Shown piece after piece: positions 24,670 through 37,507 of a stretch of 64,000 bases of DNA (position 1 is the first letter of the stretch; each line of letters starts with the position of its first letter). Source of the stretch: Magallana gigas (taxonomy: Eukaryota); assembly GCF_963853765.1 (NCBI RefSeq), contig NC_088853.1, forward strand, positions 66,278,001-66,342,000, read 5' to 3'. Below the pieces are notes generated by a model that was given only the letters and a program-made list of their open reading frames with translations, was not told the origin of the DNA and did not search any database. A program made the translations under genes and the position numbers.

Positions 24670-26344
24670 CATTTCTGAAATGGAATTTGAAAGTTATGGC
24701 ACGCAAACCCATTCTGTGTAAATTCGTAATACAAAGAACACGTACAGTTTTAAAATAACTTTTCACAGTTATGATATCCCAATAGTCTGAGAATGTCACA
24801 AAGATGCATAATTTCGGATTAGTAATGACGCGATGTCTTTTACTTAATGATAAACACAAAATGATAGAGATATCTTACAGGTAATGATATACACATGTAT
24901 AATTTAATTAGGTTAAAAATATAACGTTGAGGAATTGATCTATATATTAAACAGTATGTTGAAAATTCTTTCCTGAAAATAGATTTTATGAAAAAAATGC
25001 ATATGCATATAGGTACTTCAGTTTATGAGAACCTGAAATAAAACCATTTATAAAAATAATTTAGTTCTCATACAGTATCAACAAGATAAAAAAAAATGGA
25101 GACTATATAACTATTTTTTTCAATACGTTTAAGCAAACAGCATATTTTGGTCAATAAGTTCTACTTACGGGTTATACACATGTCCCCTTGATAACCAGCA
25201 CCACAACCAGTCAAACATGTCCCATTGGTATTGGAACAGTGGTTTAAATCACGACAGTGCCCACAAGTTTCATTGCATTCAGAACCATATGACCCTTTGT
25301 CACAGTCTAAACATTAGAAAAAATTTTGTTAAAACGATATGTTAACATAAAACATTAAAATTTCAATTATTTTTTGTAACAACCCTGGACAGTGAAATTG
25401 GAAGTTGTGAAACTTTAATTTTAAAGACGTCTTTCTATGTGAGGAATTTGAAACGTCGTTAACTGTTTATTTAGTAATCGTAGTCGGATACTGGTGATAT
25501 AAATTTAAAAACCACTGCATTTTGACGTGTAAAGTCGGTTCGCACTAAAAGATATGATTGTTTGGATGTGCATGTATTATAGAGCAAATTCAGAAAAAAA
25601 TGACAAATTATAAACACCGTTTTAAAGAAAAAAAATAATGACAAACATAAGTAAGCATGTACAAGATTGTTATCTTAGTTACTTTTTGTAAATGATCAGT
25701 AAAAAAAATACAGTATTGCTTTTTTATATATTTCATATACTGACACGCTTGAACAAAAAGGGGGGGGGGGGAGGGGGGAGGGGGGGCACCTCTGTGGGAT
25801 GTACACTGGAGATTTACCCACCACTGATTCTCATATCAAAATGATAGGGTTATCATATAATTGGGCTAAAGTGACATGATAAAAAGACATTATAACAGAA
25901 TCAAACCAGGTCTCATATGATCCTGATATGAGAATTACATGAATAACATGATCGTTTACCTAATTATGATAAATCTAAGATGATAACCCTTTAATATGGC
26001 AAAATGTGAGAATTTAATGATTAATTATGTGTGCATATCAAGGATTTACAATTGTAAAATATGCAAAAAATGCTAACTGGACTTAGTGACATTTAAAATT
26101 GCGAAAAATAAGGTTTATTAATGGGCGTATATCTTTTAATTGTAGGAAATGTCATTGTCTTAACTGCTACTTTATGTAATTGCAATAATCAAAAGTTTAT
26201 ATCCACAATGTACGAAGTCGTTTTAATAGGAAGACGTCATTTCATTTTCTTTGATCTGCGTAGGATAATAATGAGGCTATCATTTTTACAGACTAAATAC
26301 ATAGTTAGCGTTAGTTTGTCTATTGTTATTCGTTTAAAGATAGT

Positions 26345-26426
<82 letters not shown>

Positions 26427-29400
26427 AAATAAGGTATCATTTTTGGATGTATATCGGGATATAAATACGGGTTGGTCACGTGGCCAAATCCCCGAAGGGC
26501 TTTATGGAAGATTTGATCACGTACCAACCCATATTTATATCCTGATATACATCCAAAATAATACCTTTTTTTTTTTTTTAAATAAGAGCTATTCTTATAT
26601 TTGTTGCAAATTATGACAATAACAATGCTCCATACTTTCTCTTTTGTGATGACCTAGAAAGCCGCTTAGATAAAGATGAAGTTGCAAAAAAATAGAACAT
26701 CAATGTTGCAAGTATTTGATTATCATGAACAATAAATATGAGACTTCTTTTGACAGTTTGATTATTTTATGATATGGTTCTCATATGAAGTAACTGTCAT
26801 ATTATTCAATTCATATCAAAATCCCCTTATAGGGATTATAAAGTTCTTATATACAGAATTCTTATGTGATTTCAATATCATTCTGATATGAAAACACTTA
26901 ATATCAATATGATATGTGGCGAAATTGCCTATGAAGTTGACAATAGTGCATCTTATGTGGAGTTCCTGCTACGCTCTCCATATCAGTCTACTACTCCTTA
27001 AAACACATCTGTTTACTTAATGTGTTTATCTATCTTCACACTTACTAGTTTTACACAAGTCTCCTTTAAAACCAGCATCACACCCAGTTAAGCAAGTCCC
27101 ATTGTTGATGGAGCACTGGTTTACTTCACGGCAGTGTCCACATGTGTCTTTGCAACCAGCACCATATGTTCCCCTTTCACAAGCTATCAATACAAACCAA
27201 TTTTATATTGAACATAATCAACCTGACCTTTTTTTTATTTTACAAATTCACTGTATTCTTACCCAGACTGTAAAAACAAATACAAAGATATATACTATGA
27301 TGTAGTTATGTTCATTAGACTGTAATTGTAGCTAAACGACATTTTAGTCCATTTTTCCGTAGAATTTCAGATCTGTAGTCTTACTTATTTCACATCGGTG
27401 ACCTTTGTATCCAGGTTTACAGCCCTGGCAGGTGCCCATCTCTATGTGACAGTACTGACAGTTAACGTCTGGACAGGGAACGGAACAGTTGGACCCAAAA
27501 TAACCCGTAGCAGGACACCCTTCAATTTATACACCGGTATTGAGTTAGGTATGCTTCTAAACAGTTCTTAATTTCTTCATGTGTAAAATGGCATAGTTTG
27601 CTTATGCGTAACTATGCATGCGTTTCATCATGGAAATTTAATAATGCATATGCATCGGGTACTAATTATCTATGTTGATAAGGTTCATGTTCAACTTTTA
27701 TGTATCAATGAGTGAGGACAATATTGGGAGAAACACAATCATCATATGTAAATGGCATCATTGTCAAATTTTATGTACGATAAAATTGTTTGAAATAATA
27801 GTAATTGTGGCATGAAAATAAACACGCTAATATCAATCGAAAACACCATACACCAGTCACATACTAAAGTTAAGATCAATATTAAAGATGTTGTATACTA
27901 TGTTTTAATTGCACATATTGAATTGAAGATAAGGTACACTCACCATACACCTCCACTTCACAGAGGTCAGTGACAACAGTGTCAGAGTAACCGTCAGGGT
28001 AGGTAACTCCTGGTAGTCTCTCGTTGTAGTAGATGACGTACTGTCCATGTACAGGACAGGAGGTGTTGAAGACAGCAGGTATGGTGTCTGGTGTAAAGTT
28101 GTCGTCCTTGTAACACAGTGTTCCCTGTAGTCTGTCTGTTGTATTGGAGACGTACACAGAGAATCCAAGGAAATACTTAGTGAGCCCATTAGAGGGACCT
28201 GTATCATAATAATGAGAAAATTAATATGAAGGTCATAAGTAGTTAGATAAAAATAGAGAACCGATAAATGATTCTCAACATGTAATGGTCAACAAATATA
28301 TATAGATGACACTAAATGTATTAACGCACAAATAAAGCGGGCATGTAGACATAATACATGTCAAATAAATAGTGGTGATGTCAGTACATAGTAGATAACA
28401 ATGATTTACAACAGTATATATCTATGTAGATAAGTATTTTGTTAAAGGGCCAACAATGAAACAAAAATAAACCGTATATACAAACAAAAAAGTTTCGTTA
28501 GTGTATTCCTGCCAATAATACAAAAGTTCACTTGCTGCCCCTACACCCTACTGTAGAAGGGATTCACCTGATAGTTCTGTCTAGTTGAAAAGTGTGCTGT
28601 CGCCTAAACTTACGGCAGCGTTAGTGAATACCTGAACGTTTGCAAGTGTGTGAGCGGGGGGGGGGGGGGGGGGGGGTGACAGAGTTCCTTTCACCTGTGT
28701 TGAGTTCTCGTCAGATCCTGGATATGGAGTGGACAGACACAGTCTCTATCTTGTTTTACAGGGCATGAAGGATTCTCGATAAATGAAACTTCAACTAAAG
28801 GTTTCTTTCTCGTGCCAACACCGACCACGACGCTTGGCCTAATGTAATGACAAACAGTTATGATTTGTCTCTGGATCTTTAATTTATTTAATACCATAAA
28901 TATTATTTTGAAAATCTCAAATCTGTTCACTCTTTTAAACCTCTACTGTAGAAGGGGTTTACCAGATAGTTCTGTCTAGTTGAAAAGTGTGCTGTCGCCT
29001 AAACTTATGGTAGCGTTAGTGAATGCCTGAACGTTTGCAAGTGTGTGAGCGGAAGGGGGGGGGTTACAGAGTTCCTTTCACCCGTGTTGACACAGTTCGT
29101 GTTGAGTTGTCGTCAGATCCTGGTTAAGGAGTGGGCAGACACAATATCTATCTTTTTTACAGGGCATTAAGGATTCACGATTTAAAAAAATCACATCTCA
29201 AAATAAAACGCATATTTCAACTAAAGGTTTCCTTATCGTGCCAACACCGACCGCGACGCTTGGCCCTATGTAATGACACACAGTCACGATTTGTCTCTGG
29301 AGCTTTCATTTATTTAATACTTTGTGCAACCATACATTTTATAATGTTAATCTCAAATATGTTCACTCTTTTAATAAAAAATAAGCAGTATTACAAAGTT

Positions 29401-30915
29401 TCTGTAATAAACGTTGTTATTAAGCGCCTTATTCATAACTGTTTTGTTATTTAAATTTTGTTCACCAGTTGATAGGGGTTTAACTTCACATACATTTTTT
29501 GCAAAAAAATTCTTGCACGGAACAAAACACTGGTAAACTTGTTACTTTGTTTTGTATTCTGAAAAAAAAAATCGGAAATAGTTCCCTACTCAGTCTCATT
29601 ATAAATAAAATCAACGGAATTTATGTTTACATGAGATGATCGAAAAAATGTGACTATATCCCATTGATATATTATACCTGCCCCATAAACAGTTTCATAA
29701 CAAATAATACCAACAACGGAATCTAGGTTTAACAGAACCTTATCAATAACGAGAATCAGTAAATGTGACTTTACCCCATGGATCATTGTTCGTGTAGAAG
29801 AAGATGGTGATGTGGTGGATGCTGTGGATGGTGGTCAGGTTCACCCACCAGGTGGCGGTTTGTCTGGTCTGTGATACAGCACATTGACCTCCACCACCAC
29901 TCAGGTCTGATTTACGTCCGTCTACAGCGTTACTGGCGTCATATGTGTCGTAACCTGGTACAGGGTACTGTTGGTATGCTGGTTTGTTGAGGGCGACATT
30001 AACTGTGAAGATAAACACACATGTTCTAACAACATTACTATTGTGATGATGTTAACTCGTGGTTCGAATAGCTTATAATACATGTATGCATGTATTGAAC
30101 ATTCAAATGCAGTTGTTAAAACGATTTGAAAGTATCAATTTTCTCTAGCAAAACCTTTAAATATATAAAAATCATATGTAGTTCAATCGATAAACGAACT
30201 TAAGTAACTAAGGTTATAAATATTATGAATAAAAATTTCATATCTAATAGAATAACATTGAAGTTAGAAAAAAAATCGTATGGAAATATTAATGGTACAT
30301 GAGTTTGTTATAATGTACATTGTGTGTATGTGTAAAAATATTTTTTCTAGTAAGTCTGTATATAATTCAAATGTAATACAATCAGGGAAAGTACTTACAC
30401 ATAAAATATAAAAGTTGCCGCATTAAGTCATGAATCATGGTAGGTGCCAGCACGATAAAGAACCCGTACTTGTCATTGTGACTAACTACCGAACCATTGA
30501 CCTTTTTCCAGCATCAAGTGACATTAGAAACTTGATATTTCCCTTTTCAATATATTTCTTTGAAGTACGTTATGTATATATAGCCTTTAAAATACTTGTA
30601 GTTAATATGTAAATACTCTTTGAGTGTGGAGATTGGTTTTATAGTGTAGTATTGCTACTGTTATTTGAACAATAATTTCAGGGAAATTCAATAAAATGCT
30701 CCTATTTTTTTTACATTTTATTCTTTTAAATTACCAACTAATGGTTTGGTTCAGTCCTTGAAAAGTATCCCAAAACAAACTCATTTGGAAAATATCATGA
30801 TATTTAGAAATGTACATAAAGTGGACTCACCGTACGCCTGGGATACTGTCAGCAGACATAACAACACAGTGAGGACATCGTGAGGATACACAGAGTTTCC
30901 GGACAGGGACACCAT
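18553..30915 (-). CDS. Gene B: SP-FTP-7xEGF(laminin-type) protein, MEGF10/SCARF/CED-1-like architecture with an N-terminal F-type-lectin-like domain
   Basis: Exons 30831-30915, 29775-30002, 27944-28198, 27385-27519, 27046-27183, 25169-25306, 24363-24500, 19245-19382, 18821-18958, 18553-18690; all phase 1 and open when joined. Confidence 0.88.
18821..18958 (-). CDS. Gene B EGF exon 6
   Basis: CDVWRYGSECNETCGHCRDVSQCSNINGTCLTGCGADYQGDLCKT; 138 nt. Confidence 0.88.
19245..19382 (-). CDS. Gene B EGF exon 5
   Basis: CDRGSYGYSCKETCGHCRDVSQCSNINGWCLTGCNPGYQGDLCKT; 138 nt. Confidence 0.9.
20040..20983 (-). mobile_element. Helentron/CvA-type element, partial (5' end at 20983; left boundary approximate)
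   Basis: agctcacttgagctttctgctcaggtgagctaaaaa terminus, (gacg/gaca)n, degenerate satellite-like core. Confidence 0.7.
21346..23952 (-). mobile_element. Helentron/CvA-type element, ~2.6 kb, with extra internal sequence
   Basis: acaagcggcccatgggccacatcgctcacctgag at the left end; (gaca)n and agctcactttagctttcagctcgggtgagctaaaa at the right end. Confidence 0.75.
24363..24500 (-). CDS. Gene B EGF exon 4
   Basis: CEEENYGADCKEICGHCRDVKQCSYNNGTCLTGCNAGFQGNLCKT; 138 nt. Confidence 0.9.
24591..24666. repeat. (AT)n microsatellite
   Basis: Pure AT run. Confidence 0.97.
25169..25306 (-). CDS. Gene B EGF exon 3
   Basis: CDKGSYGSECNETCGHCRDLNHCSNTNGTCLTGCGAGYQGDMCIT; 138 nt. Confidence 0.9.
26347..26424. 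repeat. (TA)n microsatellite
   Basis: Pure TA run. Confidence 0.97.
27046..27183 (-). CDS. Gene B EGF exon 2
   Basis: CERGTYGAGCKDTCGHCREVNQCSINNGTCLTGCDAGFKGDLCKT; 138 nt. Confidence 0.9.
27385..27519 (-). CDS. Gene B EGF exon 1
   Basis: GCPATGYFGSNCSVPCPDVNCQYCHIEMGTCQGCKPGYKGHRCEI; 135 nt. Confidence 0.9.
27944..28198 (-). CDS. Gene B FTP C-half exon
   Basis: FLGFSVYVSNTTD...HGQYVIYYNERLPGVTYPDGYS...DLCEVEVYG; 255 nt. Confidence 0.92.
28548..29373. repeat. Tandem duplication, ~400-bp unit x2, in the gene B FTP intron
   Basis: ctactgtagaaggg...gttcactcttttaa at ~28548-28940 and ~28942-29373. Confidence 0.85.
29775..30002 (-). CDS. Gene B FTP N-half exon
   Basis: VNVALNKPAYQQYP...ASNAVDGRKSDL...QCAVS...WWVNLTTIHSIHHITIFF...PW; 228 nt. 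Confidence 0.92.
30831..30915 (-). CDS. Gene B exon 1, signal peptide
   Basis: MVSLSGNSVYPHDVLTVLLCLLTVSQAY + G|gtgagt. Confidence 0.8.
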
Positions 30916-31020
30916 GATGTTGTCAATCTGGTCAAACTATATAACTCTATGAGTATAGATGTGTATGCCTAACAGATATAACAAAGCAAATTTTTCTCGT
31001 AAGACTGTTTTCCTACTTTG

Positions 31021-31870
31021 AGGGATTGGGGAAGAGCCAACGCGGATTTATTCCAGATGTCATAAATTTAATGAACACTTACGATCTCCTGACTTACCTG
31101 TATCAGTGGGTTGAGAGCGGTTCCTTTCCATCCAAACTATCCTGGAAAAACATTGTAAGATCTACAACCATCAGAGTTCACAAAGACCTGCGACAGTACC
31201 GGATGTCTAATGACATAGACTTTTCTCGATTTCTGGCAGTCTTTAGTGAACAGGATCCTTCTAACTTCTGGCGAGCACCGAAGAACTGCTACGAGATCCG
31301 GTTGTGGAAACTTATCTGTAAACTTGTGACCGATCGTCCTCAGAGTTCTCTGAATGTTTGTCATCTGTGTGGTGCACCTTTCTTTAACCTAGCAGCACAT
31401 GTTGCATGTTCTTGTGCAATAACCCTCGGCACTCGAAACAATTGGTGGACTGATATTATAAATAACTTTACCATCTATCTGTCTGCAGAACTGTGTGCCC
31501 TCCCTGACGACGACTTGCTCCTCATCCTCTTGGGTCGGCAACCAAACACGGAACTGGACGCTTATGCCACCGAGACTTTCCGTATCAAGAACTTTAAGCT
31601 GATACAAGATACTTCAGCCCAGTATAATCAGCTCATGCGTCGACATCATGATGTAACGAATAGGGTCAATTAGTAAACCCTGTGTCGTGACCTGATAAAC
31701 ATGTATATAACATTCGTTAACTTTCATTTTGTGTGTTTGTCCTTGTTTCTTTTTTTTCTCTGTCTTTCTTCACTTTCTCTGTAATTGCTGATTTGTATTG
31801 GTTAAATTAATTGTATTCATTTGAAATTATCTCAGTCATGAGGAAATAAAGTATGAATGAATGAATGAAT
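31021..31870 (+). mobile_element. 5'-truncated non-LTR retrotransposon (LINE) 3' end
   Basis: ORF 31026-31673 contains a CCHC-like C-terminal motif CHLCGAPFFNLAAHVACSC and a conserved-looking LLILLG; followed by a T-rich UTR, AATAAA and a (TGAA)n tail ending ~31870. Confidence 0.8.
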
Positions 31871-32269
31871 TCGACTGAGAAGACAGATGTAGACAGGCTG
31901 TATATGTATTTGTTTAGAACTTTAAGTAGAAGAGGGGTGTGTGTGTGGCGTAGTGAAGGCGGAGACTCAATGATCACGTGACGAGGAAGTAGAACAAGAA
32001 ATATTAAGAGCTTAGTACGGCTGTCAATCTTTATTAAAACAAGTAAACCTTTATGAGATTTTTTCTTCATTTGAAAATGTTAAAGCAATATAGTCTAATA
32101 TAATCATATGTTATAATACACTCATGTATATGTATGAAAGTCTGTTGATGTAGTCGAGTTACTGCACACGTACGTTACTCGGTCTGTATTTGTATTATTC
32201 CTATCATAATGTTCACCTTACTTATATGTTTATGGTCACATTAAACGATATCTTGAGTATGCTGAGTGA

Positions 32270-32501
32270 TATTCTTTGAAATCATTTAATTTCATGGGGG
32301 CCAAATTTCGTGGATTATTGGGGTTTATTTTTTTGGCTTATTCATGGGTATGTAATTTCGTGGATGCGTCAATTTTCAGTTTCAGTAAAATAGGTAACTT
32401 TTTTTGAATTTGTTTTCGTTGAGGATGTAAACTCATTTGGGAGGGATACCAACGAAAACCATGAAAATTGAGCCTTCATGAATTTTAATTATTCCACAGT
32501 A
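32270..32501 (-). mobile_element. MITE-like repeat, same family as 8302-8505
   Basis: Reverse complement shares gacgcatccacgaaat, aaaacaaa, ctcaatttt blocks; ends ttccacagta. Confidence 0.6.
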
Positions 32502-33289
32502 TAGAAATAGATTCATGACTGCATAATTCAAGAAAATAATTTACATTAAGGGAGGGTTACGCTGATGAAAACAAACTGTGTTTAAAATATACACGAGTTT
32601 GCATTGTGTAAGCGTGTATAGGTAACTTCGCCAAATAAAAACGAGTTGGCCAATCATACAGTTTGTACACCAGCGGCACGTATTGTTTATACATAATGAC
32701 ATAACGTGCTGATCTTTAGAGCGCTAAAGTAATGCATCTAACATTATATTTTAGAATGTGATGCAATATCACAAGTCCGGAACAAGCTTATAGACAAACA
32801 TGTTTCGGCTAGACCAAGTGTGCTAAAATTTTCGTACCTTATGGCAGCATGCAACATGAAATTGTTGAGAAAATTGTGTATGTTTATAAGAAAGATATAC
32901 GATGTAGTGTCGTTTATGAGGTTCATTTGGTGTAATTTGTCCCAACTTTATAACCCTTATATTTATATATGTTTACCTCTGACCATTTCTTTTTGTATAT
33001 TTAATGTTATTTTTGTCCTCATGTACCATATGTTTGAAATAGTTTTTAACGATTAAATGAACTGAACTGAACTGCAAAAGTGAAACAATTTTATTAGTGA
33101 GACTTAAAACAGTAACACATAACATGTTTAATATTGTCGTAGTATGTTTTCTTTTTCCTTACAAAATATATTTTCCATCTATCATTCTTTGCCTTTTAGC
33201 GTTGCCATTTTTTAATTAAAGAAAACAAAATTCATATCGATTATTATAAATCAATGGCTGAAATATCTGGGACACAGGTGCGTGCAGGA

Positions 33290-34527
33290 ACAATGTACAC
33301 AAACCATAATTAACTAGTCAAGACATAAATCTCATTATTCTGTTTAATAGATAATAAAACTCTTTTGATTCATACTTAATTTAGTAAACTTGAAATCCAA
33401 CATGTATTAAGGGTAATTCCAAGTGAAAAATTATCAAACTTCATAAAACATAACACAAAGGACGTGTTATTACACGTGAGTGCACAATATTCAATTGTTT
33501 GTAATAAACAACAATTCACATTAAAGGGTATTTCACAGAAGTCCATTAAAAAACAATGGGCGGTGCCTTTTAAGAATACCAAGAAAAGTGTGATATCGAC
33601 GTTATTTTTCCTAAAGTCACTCTCATTGCATGCACATAGCATCGTTTTTGAAAGTTGGGGAGGGGCAAAATCATCTAAAAAAAATTGACAAGCAAAAAAT
33701 AAAAAAAACAAAAAAAAAAACACAAACAAACAAACAAACAAAAAAGGAGTGAGTTTTAAAGATCATGAAAATCATCCGGGGGTTTGGGGTTGGGTAGGGA
33801 GGGGATGGGGGGCAGAGCATTACTATAACTTCATATAACAATAATCTTGTAGTTAGTTTCCATCCTTTCAATTCAGTTTTATACATCCTCTCGCAAAACG
33901 TGGGAAGCCGACTCAATTTTAATTCACTTTATTTACATCTTATAAAACACAATGTTTCCTGCGAGAAAGAGTGGGGGAGGGGGTGTGCTGGCCCTCCCCC
34001 CCCCCCCCCCACCCTCCTCTGATGTTACGTCCCTGCATTGGGATGATGCAACTTGTTTGTCTCTAAAAATAGATTAAACAGTTTTGTCCAGTGGCTCTGG
34101 TTATTTAGTAAGCAGTTAAAAACTATATTACCATGATATTTGGCGATTTAGTTCCATCTTCTTACATGTATTTTACAAGGGAATCAATAAAAATACATAT
34201 ATTGAATTATTATATTCCACGAGAACAATTGGTTTGTATAACAACATTTAAAGATTGAAATACCGATACAAGCACACAATAAACAGATGTTTACTCTCAC
34301 CATCTTATTAAATGAGAGAAATGCGCACTCTTGGCAGTAATTAGCCGTTAAATAATGTAACTTTTAATTTGTGTGATGCGAGTATGAACAATATTTTGAT
34401 GCAAATGACAACATCCGTAGAACAGTAATATGCTATTTATTCATTGGACGTTGAATTTAAATATATATCTATTATCAGCACTGTCACAAATCGTTATTTC
34501 ATATATTGTTTTCTAATTATGTAAAAA
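33290..34527 (+). repeat. Diverged monomer of the same repeat family; related dispersed copy at ~51770-52860
   Basis: Shared blocks aaaccataattaactag, ttcacattaaagggta, taagaataccaagaaaagtg, gtgggaggccg, ttttgtccagtgg. Confidence 0.7.
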
Positions 34528-34594
34528 CAATATACAGGTTTTCCCATAACTGAAGCATATCTCTATCTCATTCTCTCTTTCCCATAACTGAAGC

Positions 34595-34643
<49 letters not shown>

Positions 34644-35499
34644 GATTAAACAACTCCTAACACTTACTATAAAGTAATGATTGAAAAAACACCGAAAACG
34701 TTTCTTCAGCACACTTTCTTTTATTGAACGTTATATATTTATCGATATCTTAGACGCGGGTGTGTTAACAAACCAGGATTAACTAGACAAGATATTAATT
34801 TCATTATTATTATTTAATTGATTATAACATTCTTGATTCCTACTACGCTTAGTAAACTTTAAAACCTAAATGTATCAACAGTCATTCCAAGTGCAAAATA
34901 ATTGAACTTCATAACACAGAACACAAAGGACGTGTTATTACACTTTAGCGTAAACATTCACATTAAAGGGAATTTCAAAGAAGTGCATTAAAGAAACAAT
35001 GCTTGACAAATAGTTTGGGCGATGTGTTTTAAGAATACCAAGAAAAGTGTGACATCGGCGTTGTTCTTCTTAAAGTCACTCTCATCTCATTGCAGGCACA
35101 TAGCATTGTTTTTGAGAGTTTGGGAGGGGCAAAATTATTAATAAAAAAAAGAAAAAAAATTGACAAGCAAACAAAAAGGGGGTGGGGTTTCAAGAACATT
35201 AACATCATCCGGGGAGGTTGGGGTGGGGTAGGGGGAGCAGAGCATATTTTTAACTACATATAACAATAATATTGCTGTTAGTTTCCTTCCTTTCAATTCA
35301 ATTTCATACATCCACCCCCCTCCAAAAAAAAAAAACAAGTGGGAGGCCGACTCCATTTTAATTCACTTTTATACATCTTAAATAAAACACAATGTTTGCT
35401 GACAGAAAGAGTGGGAGGAGACAGATCGTTAATCGTTATTTCGTATATTGTTTTCTAGTTATGTCAAAAATATACAGTTTTTCCCATAAATGAAGCAGG

Positions 35500-35552
<53 letters not shown>

Positions 35553-37469
35553 ATTAAACAACTCCTAACACTCACTATAAACTAATGATTAAAAAATCAC
35601 CGAAGACGTTTCTTCAGCACAGTTTAATTGAACGTTAGATATCTATCGATATCTTAGACGCGGGTATGTTAATAAACAATAAACACAAACCATAATTTAC
35701 TAGACAAGATATTAATTTCATTCTTTTTATTTAATTGATAACAACATTCTTTTGTATCCTACTCCGCTTATTAAACTTGAAAACCTCAATGTATTAGGAG
35801 TCTTTCCGAGTGTAAAATTATTGAACTTCATAAAACAGAACACAAAGGACGTGTTATGACATGTTTATCTACATTGAACAGACGGAAACAACTGGTGGAG
35901 AAGAAATTCCCGCTAAAACTGAGTCAAGCATATGTGAAATAGATGTTTATTGTCATCATAGCTCTTTCTACAAAAGAAAAACAAAACCTGCATTGTTCAT
36001 TTTACTTCCGAGGTTTTACTTGAAAATACTATCTTCTCTCGACGCTTTTCTCTGTTTCTTAGTTAATTAAGGAATATTTTACATAAGTGTTTAAAAGAAA
36101 GCACGCATGACAAATTAATTGGACGTTGTGTATTAGGTACATGTATACTAGTTAAATGTTTAAAAGAAAGAATGTTTGACTAATTCTTGGAACGGTGTGT
36201 ATTTGATACATGTATACTAGTTAAGTGTTTAAAAGAAAGAATGCTTGACAAATTATTGGGACTGTGTCAGGCACGTAATATCGTTTTTGATATGTTTGTG
36301 TGTGTGTGGGGGGGGGGGGGGGATCGCAGATTCATCCAAGAAAATATTGACAAGCAAAGAAAAAAAAACAATAAAAAGGGGAAAAAAAGGGGGGGGGGGT
36401 AGTAGTATACCCTTGACTTCAATTTCATTGATTATTTCCTTATTTCCAATTCAATTTTCTACATGGTCCCATAAAAGTGTGTGTGTGTGGGGGGGGGGGG
36501 GGGGGGGGACTCCATGTTAATTCTATGTTAATTAAATTTGTGGTATGTATATTTAAGAAAAATCTTTGCTGCGCAAAAAAGTGGGGGGCAGGTCCCCCTG
36601 ATGCTATGTGTCTGCTATGTTTCTGGGTGCGTATTAGGTGCATTTGTACTAACTACTGTTTTTAAAAATTATGTTCAAGTCCTAAGATGATGAAATAAAA
36701 CTCTATATACAGGATGAAAGGCGATTTTGTTCCTAATTCGCCCACTCTCATGTATTAAACGTAGATGTCATCTTCGGTTTGTAATTATCAAATTCCACAC
36801 GAACAACTGGTTTGAAAAACAACATTGAAAGACTAAAGTAGCCGAGAGGAAAACTTTTTTTCAGATAAAAATGATGGAAGCACAAATTAAACAGACGTTT
36901 ACTATCATCATTTGTTCTCTCCAAGATAACATCAGTTTCCGGTTTTTACTCACGAGGCTTCATTACAAATATTTCCTGTTTCAACACCTTTTATTTTTTA
37001 TAAGTATAATATACTGATTTAAAAATACTACACAAACATACATTTAAATGATAGTTTTATATAGAAACATGAGGAAGGAATCATGAGAAATAGTTGAGAA
37101 TGTGAATGTCAAAGCTTTCATGTAGAATCACACATAAGGGGGCCGTGATGGGTGTAACACAGGACACGTGATTTTAAAGCGGTGAAAGTAGATCATTGAG
37201 TATTCAAAGACTTATTATGTTTTTAATTAAAAACGATTTATATAACCAAAAATATCGTATGGAAGACAGTGAGTATTGATAAACTACCTGTAGTAATATG
37301 GGAGTTAAGAAATTTTTGGAAAAGATCAAACACTTCGACAATATGCAGGTGGGGTAGGCGCAACGCATTTTTTATACAGACAATATACAGGTTTTCCCAT
37401 AACTGAAGCATATCTCTCTCTCATTCTCTCTTTCCCATAACTGAAGCAGCTCTCTCTCTCTCCCTCTCC

Positions 37470-37507
<38 letters not shown>

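Noticed and set aside
24584-26616. ORFs with IYIYIY runs
   Set aside because: Translation artefacts of (TA)n microsatellites
30930-30950. TATA-like TTATATAG upstream of gene B
   Set aside because: Only about 20-25 nt from the ATG, too close for a TATA box plus 5' UTR, and such motifs are common in AT-rich DNA
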